Source: Minisyncoccota bacterium (GTDB lineage: Bacteria > Patescibacteriota > Minisyncoccia > Phycocordibacterales > UBA5272). From it: a stretch of 64,000 nt of DNA. How positions within the stretch are numbered: position 1 is the stretch's first letter; every line of letters starts with the position of its first letter. Position numbers and translations under genes: made by a program. Positions 51,773-63,631 of this stretch are shown here, in pieces. The stretch lies in assembly GCA_046350775.1 (NCBI GenBank), contig JAXLZS010000001.1, forward strand, positions 545,838-609,837, read 5' to 3'. The notes below the pieces were generated by a model that was not told where the DNA came from, did no database searches, and saw only the letters and a list, made by a program, of their open reading frames with translations.

Positions 51773-52768
51773 ATGTCTTTAATAGAAATCTCTAGAAATA
51801 ACCAAAATAAAAAAAATGAAAGATTGGTAAAAAATAAAGAAGATGCTAATAATTTGTTGCGAAAATTAAGAAATCTTTTTATTGCTGCTGCAAGTACTAT
51901 TGCAATGACAAGTTCAGTCTTAGCTCAAAAACATAAAGGGGTAGAAAAAGAGAGAGAGCCAATAGAAGTTACAGATAAAAATGATAAAAGGCTTTTAAAA
52001 TATCAAGATAGTTTAAATTTATATAAATCATATGAATTTCAGAAAAGGAATCTAAATTGGAAAGCTTCTCTACAGAAAATAGTAGCCAGTCTGAATGAAT
52101 CGGCTAAGGGTAGTAAAATATTAAAGCCTACAACAGTAGAAGAATTAAATGAGGCTAGGCAGAAAAACATGGGTAAAATTGGCGAGACTCAAAAAATTAA
52201 GAAAGATTATAATTATAATAATTATAAAAAAGATCCAACACAAGGATATGACCCTATGGATAGAGATGCGGGTGATTATAAGGTATATGACTACGATAAA
52301 TCTCTAAAATTTAATGAGCCTGTGGTCGTAGGAAAATACAGTTCTCCAGACATAGTTCACAAGACAATAAAACCAATAGGAGAATATTTTGATGGAATTG
52401 CTATAAGCCCCGTCTACAAAAAACCCGTTCAACCTGTAATATATAAGAAGCCAGAAATTAAAAAGGATACTGTTTACGTAGAGAAAGTAATCGTAGGAGA
52501 GAAGAAAGTAGTAGGTCCAACTACTACAAAAAAAGAAGAAGTGCCTGCTCCACAAATACATTTCAGAGACTTCGGGGCGTTACCACTTTACGATGCACAA
52601 CAGCATTTCGTTGGCCAGCCAGTACTACTTAAAAATGGTATGGTTCAGCTTATAGATCAGAATGGTAAGCTCATTGGTAAACCAACAGAAAGGGGACTGG
52701 TAAATCAATATGGAAATACTAATAGAGGTAACGCTAAACTTGAAGAATTGTTTGGGGTTAATAAATAA
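51773..52768 (+). CDS. Hypothetical secreted protein.
   Basis: 331 aa with an N-terminal hydrophobic segment AAASTIAMTSSVLA. The true start may be internal. Confidence 0.4.
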   Translation: MSLIEISRNNQNKKNERLVKNKEDANNLLRKLRNLFIAAASTIAMTSSVLAQKHKGVEKEREPIEVTDKNDKRLLKYQDSLNLYKSYEFQKRNLNWKASLQKIVASLNESAKGSKILKPTTVEELNEARQKNMGKIGETQKIKKDYNYNNYKKDPTQGYDPMDRDAGDYKVYDYDKSLKFNEPVVVGKYSSPDIVHKTIKPIGEYFDGIAISPVYKKPVQPVIYKKPEIKKDTVYVEKVIVGEKKVVGPTTTKKEEVPAPQIHFRDFGALPLYDAQQHFVGQPVLLKNGMVQLIDQNGKLIGKPTERGLVNQYGNTNRGNAKLEELFGVNK

Positions 52769-52840
52769 AATTATAGACTTATATTTTTATTTTATATATA
52801 ATTAAAATAAAGATCATTGGTATTATTTTAATATAAATAT

Positions 52841-53308
52841 ATGAAAAAAATTTTAAAAATACTCTTACTTATTATTGTAATAATTATTCTGGCGATATTG
52901 TTTTTTAATTTTTATAAAAACTTTAAAACTGATTCTAATAAATTTTCAGATAAATCTAAAGAAAATATTGTTGCAACTACAACTTATTTATATAAAAATC
53001 ACGGATTTAGTATCGAATTACCAAAAGGATATACGCCAAAAGAGATCCAGTCTGAAGGTGGACCTTCAATTTCTATTTCCTTACCAGACGCAAATTTAGT
53101 TTATGTCACCAATGCTTATTTTTGGGAGAAGAATGTCATACCAAGCTATACTTATATAAGGGAAGAGAAAATAGGATCAACAATGTTTAAGGTTTATAAT
53201 TATGGTAATGATTTTGTTTTTTATTGGTTTAAACAAGCAAATGTTGGATATGAATATCGTGGTAATCTAGAACTGCTAAAAACATTCAAATTTACAGGTT
53301 GGCAATAA
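52841..53308 (+). CDS. Hypothetical membrane-anchored protein.
   Basis: N-terminal TM ILKILLLIIVIIILAILFF. Confidence 0.45.
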   Translation: MKKILKILLLIIVIIILAILFFNFYKNFKTDSNKFSDKSKENIVATTTYLYKNHGFSIELPKGYTPKEIQSEGGPSISISLPDANLVYVTNAYFWEKNVIPSYTYIREEKIGSTMFKVYNYGNDFVFYWFKQANVGYEYRGNLELLKTFKFTGWQ

Positions 53309-53379
53309 ATAGAAATTTTGCCTTAAAAATCAAGCTTATTTTGGGATTTATAAAAAGGCTTTAAAATAAGGACTTTTCC

Positions 53380-53408
53380 TTGCATTATTTTTCCCTTTAT
53401 GCTAATAT
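53380..53408 (+). promoter_or_regulatory. rRNA promoter TTGCAT-N17-TAATAT.
   Basis: TTGCAT at 53380-53385, a 17-nt spacer, TAATAT at 53403-53408, about 210 nt upstream of the mature 16S 5' end. Confidence 0.5.
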
Positions 53409-53621
53409 TATTTAACTTAGCTAATAGGTTTTTATTTACTCTAATTTTTAAAATTAAGTATAAAAATACTTACTAGTTTGGGTGCGCTTTTTGTAAATAA
53501 AATATAGATTAACAGGAGCCTGTCTAACTCAATCAGACAGGTTCGCAACAACATAATGAATCTTCGAAAAGATTCAAAGCAAAGAATTTATACAAATTTC
53601 TTTTGCTCCGTTTTTATTTTT

Positions 53622-55147
<1,526 letters not shown>

Positions 55148-55369
55148 TGCACACGCTATAGCGTGCATGCATTTGTCGAACAAATCTTTTGATTTCGTAA
55201 AAGTTTATTAGAACTCAAAACTAATCGAGATACTTCGAGATGTATCAAAAGTCGCGTGCTAAATAGAGATAATATTTATCTCGCAGGATAAATCGCGCTA
55301 GAAGCGGAGCAAAAGAAAGGTGTATAAATTTTATGTTGATTCTATATTTTATTCTTCAAAAAAGAAATT

Positions 55370-55393
55370 AAAACTCCTAGTAACAGGAGTTTT
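55370..55393 (+). terminator. Hairpin in the region downstream of the 16S gene.
   Basis: aaaactcct-agtaac-aggagtttt. Its 3' flank AGTTTTAATTTTGTTG recurs at 56843. Confidence 0.35.
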
Positions 55394-55486
55394 AATTTTG
55401 TTGCTATTTTTATTGTATTGTTGTATAGTATTAATACTACTAAATTAATAGTAGTATTACATAATCATTAACATAAATAAAAATAT

Positions 55487-56011
55487 ATGAACAATAAATT
55501 CGTTTTAATAATAAATGGGCCTATAGATTCAGGATCGAGAAGGGTTGTAGAAATTTTAATGGAAAAATTAAAAAGAGTTTTTTTAGCTTCTGCTAATAAA
55601 ATTAAATTTTTAATTTCCGATTATACTCCAGATAAAGATAGAAAAATTATTCATGAATCAGTTTTATTTTTAGCAGAGAAAATGCTTCAAAATGATATCT
55701 CGTTAATCGTGGAAGGTGGATCGGTAGAACAAGAGAATTTAAATAAAAAGATAAAAGATTTAGCTAATAAAGAAAATATAAAAATCATTACAGTAAATAT
55801 TGAGTCACCAGTAGAAGTATTGAGAGAGAGGTTTTTAAAAAGACTGGAAAAATCAGCAACATCAGGACAAAAAGCTAGCGTGTTTGATGAAGAGGGATTT
55901 ATGAAAAGAGTAAATGCTTATTTTGATCTTAAAAATCCTGAAGACGCAACATTTGATTCAAGCGTCGAAGCCCCAGAATCAATTGCAAAAAAGATATTAT
56001 TATTAATTTAA
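55487..56011 (+). CDS. Hypothetical P-loop-kinase-like protein with a degenerate Walker A.
   Basis: LIINGPIDSGSRRVVEIL in place of GxxxxGK[ST]. Size and the LIVEGG segment are reminiscent of AAA_33/zeta-like kinases. Confidence 0.35.
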   Translation: MNNKFVLIINGPIDSGSRRVVEILMEKLKRVFLASANKIKFLISDYTPDKDRKIIHESVLFLAEKMLQNDISLIVEGGSVEQENLNKKIKDLANKENIKIITVNIESPVEVLRERFLKRLEKSATSGQKASVFDEEGFMKRVNAYFDLKNPEDATFDSSVEAPESIAKKILLLI

Positions 56012-56019
56012 TACATTTT

Positions 56020-56826
56020 ATGAAAATTTTAATAATGGCAGATATTCATCATGGTAATAATGTAAATTATGAATATCTAAATGGAAAAGATTATATAAAT
56101 GTATTTGGTGAAGAATTCAAAAATGTTTATAAGAAAATACAACCATTAACAAAAGAAGTAGATTTAGTTGTTAATCTGGGAGATTTAATTCAAGATGAAA
56201 ATAAAGAAAAAGATATTGCGCTATATAAAGAAGCATTATCTCTTTTAGAAGAAAACAATTCTAAAAAGATACATTATGTTTTAGGTAATCATGATTTAAG
56301 AAATCTGGAACATAAAGATTTAAATATTATTTTAGATAGAGAAAAAGAAACATATTCGTTTGATTTGGATGGATATCATCATATTATTCTTTCCGCAAAG
56401 AGAGATGATAGTTTATTGAATACGGAAGGGTATCATAGAGGTAAAGAGCAATATTTTGTAGAGGATAAAGATCTTAAATGGCTAGAAGAAGATTTAAATA
56501 ATACAAAATTACCAACAATTATTTATTCACACTATCCAATTGACGAACAAGGATTTACAAATAATTATTATTTTAAAAATTTACCAGAAAGTGGGAGGTT
56601 GCAAAATAGAAAAATCGTTAGAGAAATTTTAGAAAAATCTAAAAAAGTAAAAGCTTTCTTTTCAGGGCATATTCATTTTTATAATAAAGAAATTATAAAA
56701 GATATAGAGTATATTAGCATTCCTTCTTTCTCAGAAAATGATGGAGAAGGAAAACCAAATCATTTATTAGCGATAATAACAATAGAAACTAATATTATTA
56801 TAGATTTAATAAAGATACAAAATTAA
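56020..56826 (+). CDS. Calcineurin-like metallophosphoesterase.
   Basis: ADIHHGN, GDLIQD, GNHD, GHIHF motifs. Confidence 0.7.
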   Translation: MKILIMADIHHGNNVNYEYLNGKDYINVFGEEFKNVYKKIQPLTKEVDLVVNLGDLIQDENKEKDIALYKEALSLLEENNSKKIHYVLGNHDLRNLEHKDLNIILDREKETYSFDLDGYHHIILSAKRDDSLLNTEGYHRGKEQYFVEDKDLKWLEEDLNNTKLPTIIYSHYPIDEQGFTNNYYFKNLPESGRLQNRKIVREILEKSKKVKAFFSGHIHFYNKEIIKDIEYISIPSFSENDGEGKPNHLLAIITIETNIIIDLIKIQN

Positions 56827-56870
56827 GACCTCTGACAACAAGAGTTTTAATTTTGTTGTATAATTAATCC

Positions 56871-57275
56871 ATGACTAATCATCAGCATCTTTTTCGTTAT
56901 ATAAAAAATAAAACATCCTCTGGATCTTCAAAGGAAGAAATTAAATCTATATTGATGGAAGTTGGCTGGAAAGATGAAATTTTGGAAGAGGCTTTTATTA
57001 TTGTAGAAGAAAAAGAAAGAAAGAGAAAAAATAAATTTAAAAAAGCTGGATTTTTGATATTTATATTTTTAATTTCAGCAATTTTGTTTTTTAGTTTTTT
57101 GTTTTATCAGAAAAATGAAATGAATGAAAGATTATATAGACAGAAAGAGATAAAAATAGAAACTGTAGAAAATATTAATCCAAATCTTAGTCAGCAGGAG
57201 TATGTTGAAAAGATGTATGGGAAAGAAAGAGTTTATTCTGCTACCACTTCCTCGACTTCTGTTATTAGAAATTAA
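56871..57275 (+). CDS. Hypothetical single-TM protein.
   Basis: TM segment AGFLIFIFLISAILFFSFLFY. Confidence 0.4.
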   Translation: MTNHQHLFRYIKNKTSSGSSKEEIKSILMEVGWKDEILEEAFIIVEEKERKRKNKFKKAGFLIFIFLISAILFFSFLFYQKNEMNERLYRQKEIKIETVENINPNLSQQEYVEKMYGKERVYSATTSSTSVIRN

Positions 57276-57277
57276 TC

Positions 57278-57808
57278 ATGTTAAAAAGTCTACAAAATAT
57301 ATTTCAACAAAAGTTTTATAGAAAATTATTTATAATTTTAAATATTATTTTTCTTTTAGTTTATTTTTTCTTTACCAATTTTTTTTCAGCTGTCAAGATT
57401 TTTAATGCGCCTCTTTTTTCTCAGTCAGAAAAATGGAGTATTTTTTTTAGGTCATTTTTTGACATTTCTAGTTTAGAAAATATTTTAATGTTGACGCTGG
57501 CAATTCTTTTTATTTTATCTTTATCCTTATTTTCTATTTTATTACTGGTGCTTTTTAGTAGTTCAAAGAAAATATATAAGAAAAAGAGTTTTTTAGGAAT
57601 CGTTGGTATTTTTATATCTGTATTAGGTCTTTCTTGCGCTACTTGTGGAATTGGTCTTCTAGCCTCTCTTTTGTCACTTTTCGGACTTTCTGGACTTGTG
57701 ATTTATTTTCCTCTCCATGGCCTAGAATTTGGCTTTTTAGGGCTTTTAGTATTAAATATTAGCAATTATATCTTATTAAAGAGAATTAAAAATCCATATA
57801 TTTGCTAG
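57278..57808 (+). CDS. Hypothetical polytopic membrane protein.
   Basis: Four or five hydrophobic helices with no recognisable motif. Confidence 0.4.
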   Translation: MLKSLQNIFQQKFYRKLFIILNIIFLLVYFFFTNFFSAVKIFNAPLFSQSEKWSIFFRSFFDISSLENILMLTLAILFILSLSLFSILLLVLFSSSKKIYKKKSFLGIVGIFISVLGLSCATCGIGLLASLLSLFGLSGLVIYFPLHGLEFGFLGLLVLNISNYILLKRIKNPYIC

Positions 57809-57859
57809 ATCCCATTTATTGCTCAAAGTGGCTTTTTGTGATAAAATGTAAAAACATTT

Positions 57860-57932
57860 GCGCGAATAGCTCAGCTGGTAGAGCACTCGACTGATACTCG
57901 AGCGGTCCCAAGTTCGAATCTTGGTTCGCGCA
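57860..57932 (+). tRNA. tRNA-Ile (anticodon GAU).
   Basis: Acceptor GCGCGAA/TTCGCGC. D-arm TAGCTCAGCTGGTAGAGCA. Anticodon stem-loop CTCGA-CTGATAC-TCGAG. T-arm CCAAG-TTCGAAT-CTTGG. CCA is not encoded. Confidence 0.85.
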
Positions 57933-57997
57933 CAAAATCAATAAAATAAAAAAAGACCGTTATTTAAACTAGTCTTTTTTGTAAAAATCATACAGTT

Positions 57998-58387
57998 TTA
58001 TTCTGTGACTTTCGTTTTAGGTTTTAACTCACAGTAAATTGTCCCGACACGACCTTTGTATTTTGTTTTCATTTCTCTGAAAATTTGGACATTAGGTGTC
58101 CCTCTTAATTTTTTAAAAATCTCAAAGGTTTTTATAGGTATGCAACTAAGAGACCCTTCACCGTGTTCTATTTGTACATAGTCAGCATCATTATTGTATT
58201 CAATTAATTTTCTCAATAGTTCATGATCTATACTATGAACATAGAACTTGTGTCTTGAGAACTTCAAAGAGTAATTTTTTTTCGATTTTATCTCTTTTGG
58301 TTCACCAGAAATTACACCTTTTTCAATATCTCTTAACTGTTGAATTGTTTGTCTTCGAGTTTTTTCTGGACCTTGCGATTTTCTCAT
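57998..58387 (-). CDS. Hypothetical protein.
   Basis: 129-aa ORF convergent with tRNA-Ile. No confident motif. Confidence 0.35.
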   Translation of the reverse strand: MRKSQGPEKTRRQTIQQLRDIEKGVISGEPKEIKSKKNYSLKFSRHKFYVHSIDHELLRKLIEYNNDADYVQIEHGEGSLSCIPIKTFEIFKKLRGTPNVQIFREMKTKYKGRVGTIYCELKPKTKVTE

Positions 58388-58507
58388 GTTTATTTTTTTT
58401 AATGGTTTACAATTTTTTTAAGAACGAGTCTTTATTCTACAACTTTTTCAGAAAAATGCAAGCCACTTTAAAAGTGCATCTATGATAAAATATTTTCATA
58501 AATAGCT

Positions 58508-59671
58508 ATGAAAATCTTTGATATTTTAAGAAAAATTCGCAAGGATTTTTCCCCTTATGAAAACTCTATAGAAGTTTTGATTTTTAGAGATAATCTACTT
58601 CATAATTTAAATGAATATAAAAACAGATTTCCAGATTTCTCTTTTGCTCCAGTTTTAAAAAGTAATGCTTATGGTCACGGACTTCTAGAGGTAGCAAAAA
58701 TTTTAGATAAAGAAAAAGTCCCTTTTTTTGCAGTAGATTCACTTTATGAAGCCAGACTTTTAAAAGCGAAAAATATCAAAAAAGATATTTTAATAATCGG
58801 CTATACAAGACTAGAGAATCTTTCAAGATTTAATTCTTCTCAATTTATTTTTACTATAGTCAGTTTGGCGGAATTAAAAAGATTATCAGAAAATTTTTCT
58901 AAATCTAAAAAATTGAGAATTCATATAAAGATAGATACTGGCATGCATAGACAGGGAGTTTTGATAGATGAAATAGATGAGGCTATAGGCATTTTAAAAA
59001 ATAATAAGAATCTGAATTTAGAGGGTATTTGCTCACACCTAGCTGATGCTGACAGTGAAGAAAAATCTTTTACTCAATCTCAAATTGAAAACTGGAAAAA
59101 GGTGGTGAATAAATTTAAAAATAATTTTTCAGATATAAAATATTTTCACACTTCTGCTACAGCTGGAACTTTTTATAATCAAAAAGATTTTGGCAATGTT
59201 ATCCGTCTCGGCATTGGTCTTTATGGTATAAACAATTCTCCATTTTTGGATATGAATTTAAAGCCCGCCATGCGGGTCGAATCTGTAGTCAGCACGATAA
59301 GAAATCTAAAAAAAGGTGAAAGTGTTGGCTACAATCACACTCACACCCTTGATCGTGATTCAAAAGTCGCCACTGTGCCGATGGGATATTTTGAGGGCAT
59401 TGATAGGAGACTTTCTAATATAGGATCATTTAAAATCGGAGAAAAATATTGCGATATACTCGGTAGAGTAAGTATGAATATGTCTTCTGTAGATGTCACA
59501 GAGTTGCCTGATTTAAATCTGGATGACAAAGTTATAGTTTTAAGTGAAATTCTCGACGATAAAAATTCTGTAGTTAATCTTGCTAAGCTGGCAAATACTA
59601 TCCCATATGATATATTGGTAAATATTATGCCACATTTAAAGCGACGAATCATAGGAAATTATGAAAAATAA
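58508..59671 (+). CDS. alr: Alanine racemase.
   Basis: PLP-lysine motif APVLKSNAYGHG. Two-domain length (387 aa). Confidence 0.85.
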   Translation: MKIFDILRKIRKDFSPYENSIEVLIFRDNLLHNLNEYKNRFPDFSFAPVLKSNAYGHGLLEVAKILDKEKVPFFAVDSLYEARLLKAKNIKKDILIIGYTRLENLSRFNSSQFIFTIVSLAELKRLSENFSKSKKLRIHIKIDTGMHRQGVLIDEIDEAIGILKNNKNLNLEGICSHLADADSEEKSFTQSQIENWKKVVNKFKNNFSDIKYFHTSATAGTFYNQKDFGNVIRLGIGLYGINNSPFLDMNLKPAMRVESVVSTIRNLKKGESVGYNHTHTLDRDSKVATVPMGYFEGIDRRLSNIGSFKIGEKYCDILGRVSMNMSSVDVTELPDLNLDDKVIVLSEILDDKNSVVNLAKLANTIPYDILVNIMPHLKRRIIGNYEK

Positions 59672-60374
59672 AGAAGAAAAAACATACTCTACATTTTATA
59701 TAGTCGGTACTCCAATTGGTAATCTAGAAGATATGACTTTTAGAGCTGTAAGGATTTTAAAAGAAGTGGATTTGATTTTGTGTGAAGATGTCTCAAATGC
59801 TCAAAAAATTTTAAGACATTTTGATATAGATACAAAATGTACAAATTATTTTGCCAATTCTAGACTGAGTAAAATAGATGATATCGTAGATATGTTGAAA
59901 GAAGGAAAAAATGTAGCATTAATTTCTGATGCTGGTATGCCAACTATTTCTGATCCAGGTAGTCTTTTGATAGAAAAGATTTATCAAGCTAAAAAAGATG
60001 ATCTGGCTATAGATATAAAAGTTATACCTGGTCCGACAGCTATCACAAGTAGTTTTGCTTTATCTGGTCTCACTGGCAATGAATTTACATTTTTAGGATT
60101 TTTGCCACACAAAAAAGGTAGAGAGACTTTGTTTAAAGAGATAGCCGACAATAAAAGAGTTTCTATTTTTTATGAATCTGTACACAGATTTGAGAAATGT
60201 CTAGAAAGTCTAGAGAAAGTTTTAGAAGAAGATAGGATGATAGTTGTAGCTCGTGAGCTCACAAAAATTCACGAAGAAGTAGTGAGAGGAAATATTGGAG
60301 AAGTAAAAGAGTATTTTGAGCAAAATAAAGATAAAGTGAGAGGTGAGTTTGTCATACTGGTCGACGGGAAATAA
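59661..60374 (+). CDS. rsmI: 16S rRNA (cytidine1402-2'-O)-methyltransferase RsmI.
   Basis: YIVGTPIGNLEDMTFRAVRILKEVDLILCEDVSNAQKIL. Tetrapyrrole-methylase fold. Overlaps alr by 11 nt. Confidence 0.85.
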   Translation: MKNKEEKTYSTFYIVGTPIGNLEDMTFRAVRILKEVDLILCEDVSNAQKILRHFDIDTKCTNYFANSRLSKIDDIVDMLKEGKNVALISDAGMPTISDPGSLLIEKIYQAKKDDLAIDIKVIPGPTAITSSFALSGLTGNEFTFLGFLPHKKGRETLFKEIADNKRVSIFYESVHRFEKCLESLEKVLEEDRMIVVARELTKIHEEVVRGNIGEVKEYFEQNKDKVRGEFVILVDGK

Positions 60375-60415
60375 TGTTATAATTCAAAAACACAAAATTA
60401 TAAAATTAAAATATT

Positions 60416-61762
60416 ATGTCTGGATTTAAAATCACCGGTGCAAGAAAATTAAAAGGAAAAGTAAAGACCAATACTTCAAAAAATGGTGCAGTCAATATGA
60501 TAGTAGCCTCACTGCTAAATGAGGGAGAGACTATTTTACACAGGATTCCAAAGATAGAAGAAGTGTTTCGCTATATAGAGATTGTACGTAGTCTAAATGT
60601 AGAGATAGATTGGATTGATGAAAAAACAAAAGAGAAAAAAGAATCTGGTACGAGTCTAAGAATAAAAATCAAAAAAGGGGGAATTAGTTTTAAAAATTTA
60701 GATATAAAGACAGCTAATATGGTGAGAAGTTTCACTTTCGTGGGAGCTCTGATTCATGCTAGTAAAAATTTTAAATGGCCAAATTCTGGAGGATGTAAAA
60801 TGGGAGAGAGGACAGTGGCAGCTCATAAATATGGTCTAGAATATTTTGGTGTAGATATCAAGACAAAAGAAAGTTTTTATGAGATAAAAAGTAAATCTTT
60901 ACATTCCGCAAAGCTTATACCAATGTATGAATCTAGTGATACTGGCGCTATAAATTTACTTTTAGCAGCAAGTAAAGTAAAAGGTGAATCTGTCATAAAA
61001 TTTGCTCCACCAAATTATCAAGTTCAAGACGTATGTTTTTTACTTGAAAAATTTGGAGTAAAAATAGAAGGTATAGGTACTAGTACTTTGAGGGTGATGG
61101 GGACAGAAAATATAAATCTCAATGTGGAGCATTTTAATTCAGAAGATCCAATTGACGCTATGTTTTTCATTTCCTCTGCCATCGTCACCAATTCTATTTT
61201 GACTGTTACTCATGCTCCAATAGAATTTCTTGAACTCGAATTAGAAAAATTAAAAAGAATGGGAGTAAGATTTGAAATGGGAAAAGAGTATTTGAGTGAA
61301 AACAAAAAGACAAAATTAGTAGATATTAAAATATTAGAAAGAAAGACCGGTGAAAAATTAATAGCTCTACATGACAAGATTCATACAGCAGCTTTTCCGG
61401 CTATCAACAATGACAATCTTCCATTTTTTGTGCCAATTGCTGCTCTTGCAGAAGGGATCACACTTGTCCATGATTGGACATGGGAAAATAGAGCTATTTA
61501 TTTTACAGAATTAAATCGTCTTGGAGCGGATGTGAGATTGGCTGATCCTCATCGTGTATTTATAAACGGAGTAAAAGAATTAAAGGGTGCAGAAGTTGTC
61601 TGTCCTCCAGCACTTCGTCCGGCTGCTATAATTTTAGTTGCTATGCTGTCAGCCAAAGGTGTGTCTATTTTGAGAAATGTCTACTCTATAAAGAGGGGAT
61701 ATGAAGGTATAGCAGAAAGACTCAACAAGCTGGGAGCCAGGGTGGAAGTTTTAAAAGATTAA
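60416..61762 (+). CDS. murA: UDP-N-acetylglucosamine 1-carboxyvinyltransferase (EPT-fold).
   Basis: FKITGARKLKGKVKTNTSKNGAVNMIVASLLNEGETILHRIPKIEEV matches the MurA N-terminus. 448 aa. Confidence 0.75.
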   Translation: MSGFKITGARKLKGKVKTNTSKNGAVNMIVASLLNEGETILHRIPKIEEVFRYIEIVRSLNVEIDWIDEKTKEKKESGTSLRIKIKKGGISFKNLDIKTANMVRSFTFVGALIHASKNFKWPNSGGCKMGERTVAAHKYGLEYFGVDIKTKESFYEIKSKSLHSAKLIPMYESSDTGAINLLLAASKVKGESVIKFAPPNYQVQDVCFLLEKFGVKIEGIGTSTLRVMGTENINLNVEHFNSEDPIDAMFFISSAIVTNSILTVTHAPIEFLELELEKLKRMGVRFEMGKEYLSENKKTKLVDIKILERKTGEKLIALHDKIHTAAFPAINNDNLPFFVPIAALAEGITLVHDWTWENRAIYFTELNRLGADVRLADPHRVFINGVKELKGAEVVCPPALRPAAIILVAMLSAKGVSILRNVYSIKRGYEGIAERLNKLGARVEVLKD

Positions 61763-61793
61763 ATATATTTGCTATAATAATCAAAAACAAATA

Positions 61794-61973
61794 TGACCAA
61801 AAGATTTTTTCAAAGATTACTTTTAACAATAATAGTATTGCTTGCCATTTTTATACATGTACCAAATATTTTCAAGGACGCACTCATAATTTTACTTTCT
61901 GCAGCTTTATTTCTTTCTACTTTTGATGTTTATCCAAAAAAGAAGCAAAGGACGGAAAATGTGGTAGGATAAA
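61794..61973 (+). CDS. Possible small membrane protein (59 aa).
   Basis: MTKRFFQRLLLTIIVLLAIFIHVPNIFKDALIILLSAALFLSTF. Below the ORF-track cutoff. Confidence 0.25.
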
Positions 61974-62062
61974 TCATTTTATACTAAAATCTTCATTTTT
62001 TTCACTTTTGCATTTCAAATTATTTTTTGGTATACTTATTGAGTTATTTTATAAATAAAATA

Positions 62063-62110
62063 TTCCGCTTTAGCTCAGCGGCAAAAGAAAGATGGACAGT
62101 TGACTGTCAG
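62063..62110 (+). pseudogene. tRNA-like fragment: a decayed duplicate of the tRNA-Asn 5' half.
   Basis: aaataaaatattccgCTTtagctcagcgg here, against aaataaaatattccgTGGtagctcagcgg 100 bp downstream. No complete cloverleaf. Confidence 0.35.
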
Positions 62111-62160
62111 CCAAAATAAATCATTTTTTTGAAAATGAGTTAAGTTTTAAAATAAAATAT

Positions 62161-62232
62161 TCCGTGGTAGCTCAGCGGTAGAGCAGTTGGCTGTTAACCA
62201 ATTGGTCGCAGGTTCGATCCCTGCCCACGGAG
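62161..62232 (+). tRNA. tRNA-Asn (anticodon GUU).
   Basis: Acceptor TCCGTGG/CCACGGA. D-arm GCTCAGCGGTAGAGC. Anticodon loop CTGTTAA. T-arm GCAGG-TTCGATC-CCTGC. Confidence 0.85.
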
Positions 62233-62373
62233 CTAGACTTGACATAATATATTTATAATGTTATACTTTATATAGTTTTTTATTAGGTAGTTTTTATTAT
62301 GTTTGTTTAGTTTTTAAGAATCTTAAGAGTTAAACAGACATAATAATTATTTAACCCAATAAATCTTTAAACA

Positions 62374-62910
62374 ATGAACACAATTGATTTTGTTCTTAAA
62401 CAAAAAGGAACTGGCTATTATTTTTCCAATCCCAAAAAAGATACCGAAAATGAAATCTTCCACAACAAACAAGACGGAGTTAAAATACTCGTCGATTATT
62501 TAGAGGAGAAAATTATTTCGGTATGTAAAGCTCTTGAGCTTATAGACGAAATAACCGCTTTAAGATATTTTCCGATAACAAGAGAAGTTAAAGCTTATCA
62601 ACTTGCGGAAGATATTTTATCCTTATCTGTAATAATGAAAGTTAAGAAAGATTTGCAGGAACTTTCCGAAACAGAAACCGAAACAGATTTACCTAAATTC
62701 AAAATATGTAATTGCGGTAAGCACGGTAAAATAATCGGACAGGATTTTGTTTCTTTAGAACTCACAAGTAAAGAAGCTGGCGGAGATGCTATAGAGGAAC
62801 TTTTTGGAGACGGAAAAATTAACCGCGATGAAAGAGAGAAACTCAAAGTACAAATTGAGGAAAGTACATTGCCTAAAAAGGTAAGCACCAGAAATCCTTC
62901 GTTAAATTAG
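62374..62910 (+). CDS. Hypothetical protein.
   Basis: 178-aa acidic ORF with slightly higher GC than its surroundings. Confidence 0.4.
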   Translation: MNTIDFVLKQKGTGYYFSNPKKDTENEIFHNKQDGVKILVDYLEEKIISVCKALELIDEITALRYFPITREVKAYQLAEDILSLSVIMKVKKDLQELSETETETDLPKFKICNCGKHGKIIGQDFVSLELTSKEAGGDAIEELFGDGKINRDEREKLKVQIEESTLPKKVSTRNPSLN

Positions 62911-62931
62911 ACGGTGGTTAGTTAAATACAA

Positions 62932-62968
62932 AGCTGAGCAAATCTTTATGATGAGCTCAGTTTTTTTA
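62932..62968 (+). terminator. Hairpin followed by a T-run.
   Basis: agctgagc-aaatctttatgat-gagctcagttttttt. Confidence 0.5.
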
Positions 62969-63126
62969 TTTATATATAGTGATACAGGGTGTAGGGGATA
63001 TTATCCTTTTATTATTTCCTTCCGAACATCATCCCACACTCGGAGCAAAATTTTAAGCTAGGTTTTTCAATAGTTATTTTCGTCTGTACTTAGGACAGTT
63101 CGAACCTATTTTTATATAATTCGTTT

Positions 63127-63549
63127 TTGTTGTATAATAAAAATATTATGAGAATTTGGGATAAAACAAAATCTGTAAAAAAGTTAGCAATTTTAGTTCT
63201 AACAGTTTTCCTTGTCATTTATGTTGGTGTGTTTTCTATGAGCATGAACATGGACTCTAGTATGCATGAAAACTGTCCTTTCATGGTTGGGACATCAATT
63301 TGTAATATGACAGTAGTCGACCATTACTCAGCAGCTACAACAATTTTCACAGCTTTACCACAAATAAATTCATTTCTATTTTTATCTTTAATAGTCTTAG
63401 GATTTTTATCTCTTGTATTTTTTATTCCTAAATTATTTGCCCCACCACCATTAAAATTCAAACCATTTAATATTTCAATATACTCACCTCTACACAATTA
63501 TCTTCAAGAAGCATTTTCAAATGGTATCTTAAATCCTAAGACTTTTTAA
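63127..63549 (+). CDS. Hypothetical membrane protein with a Met-rich segment, a putative Cu-binding companion of copA.
   Basis: SMSMNMDSSMHENCPFM (MxM/MxxM-type motifs) between two TM helices. Immediately upstream of the copA-like gene. Confidence 0.4.
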   Translation: MLYNKNIMRIWDKTKSVKKLAILVLTVFLVIYVGVFSMSMNMDSSMHENCPFMVGTSICNMTVVDHYSAATTIFTALPQINSFLFLSLIVLGFLSLVFFIPKLFAPPPLKFKPFNISIYSPLHNYLQEAFSNGILNPKTF

Positions 63550-63631
63550 TTAAATATATTTTATAAAGGGTAATTATTTACTCTGTTTTTGTGTTTCAGT
63601 TAGTTATTAAAAATATAATATAATTAAAATT

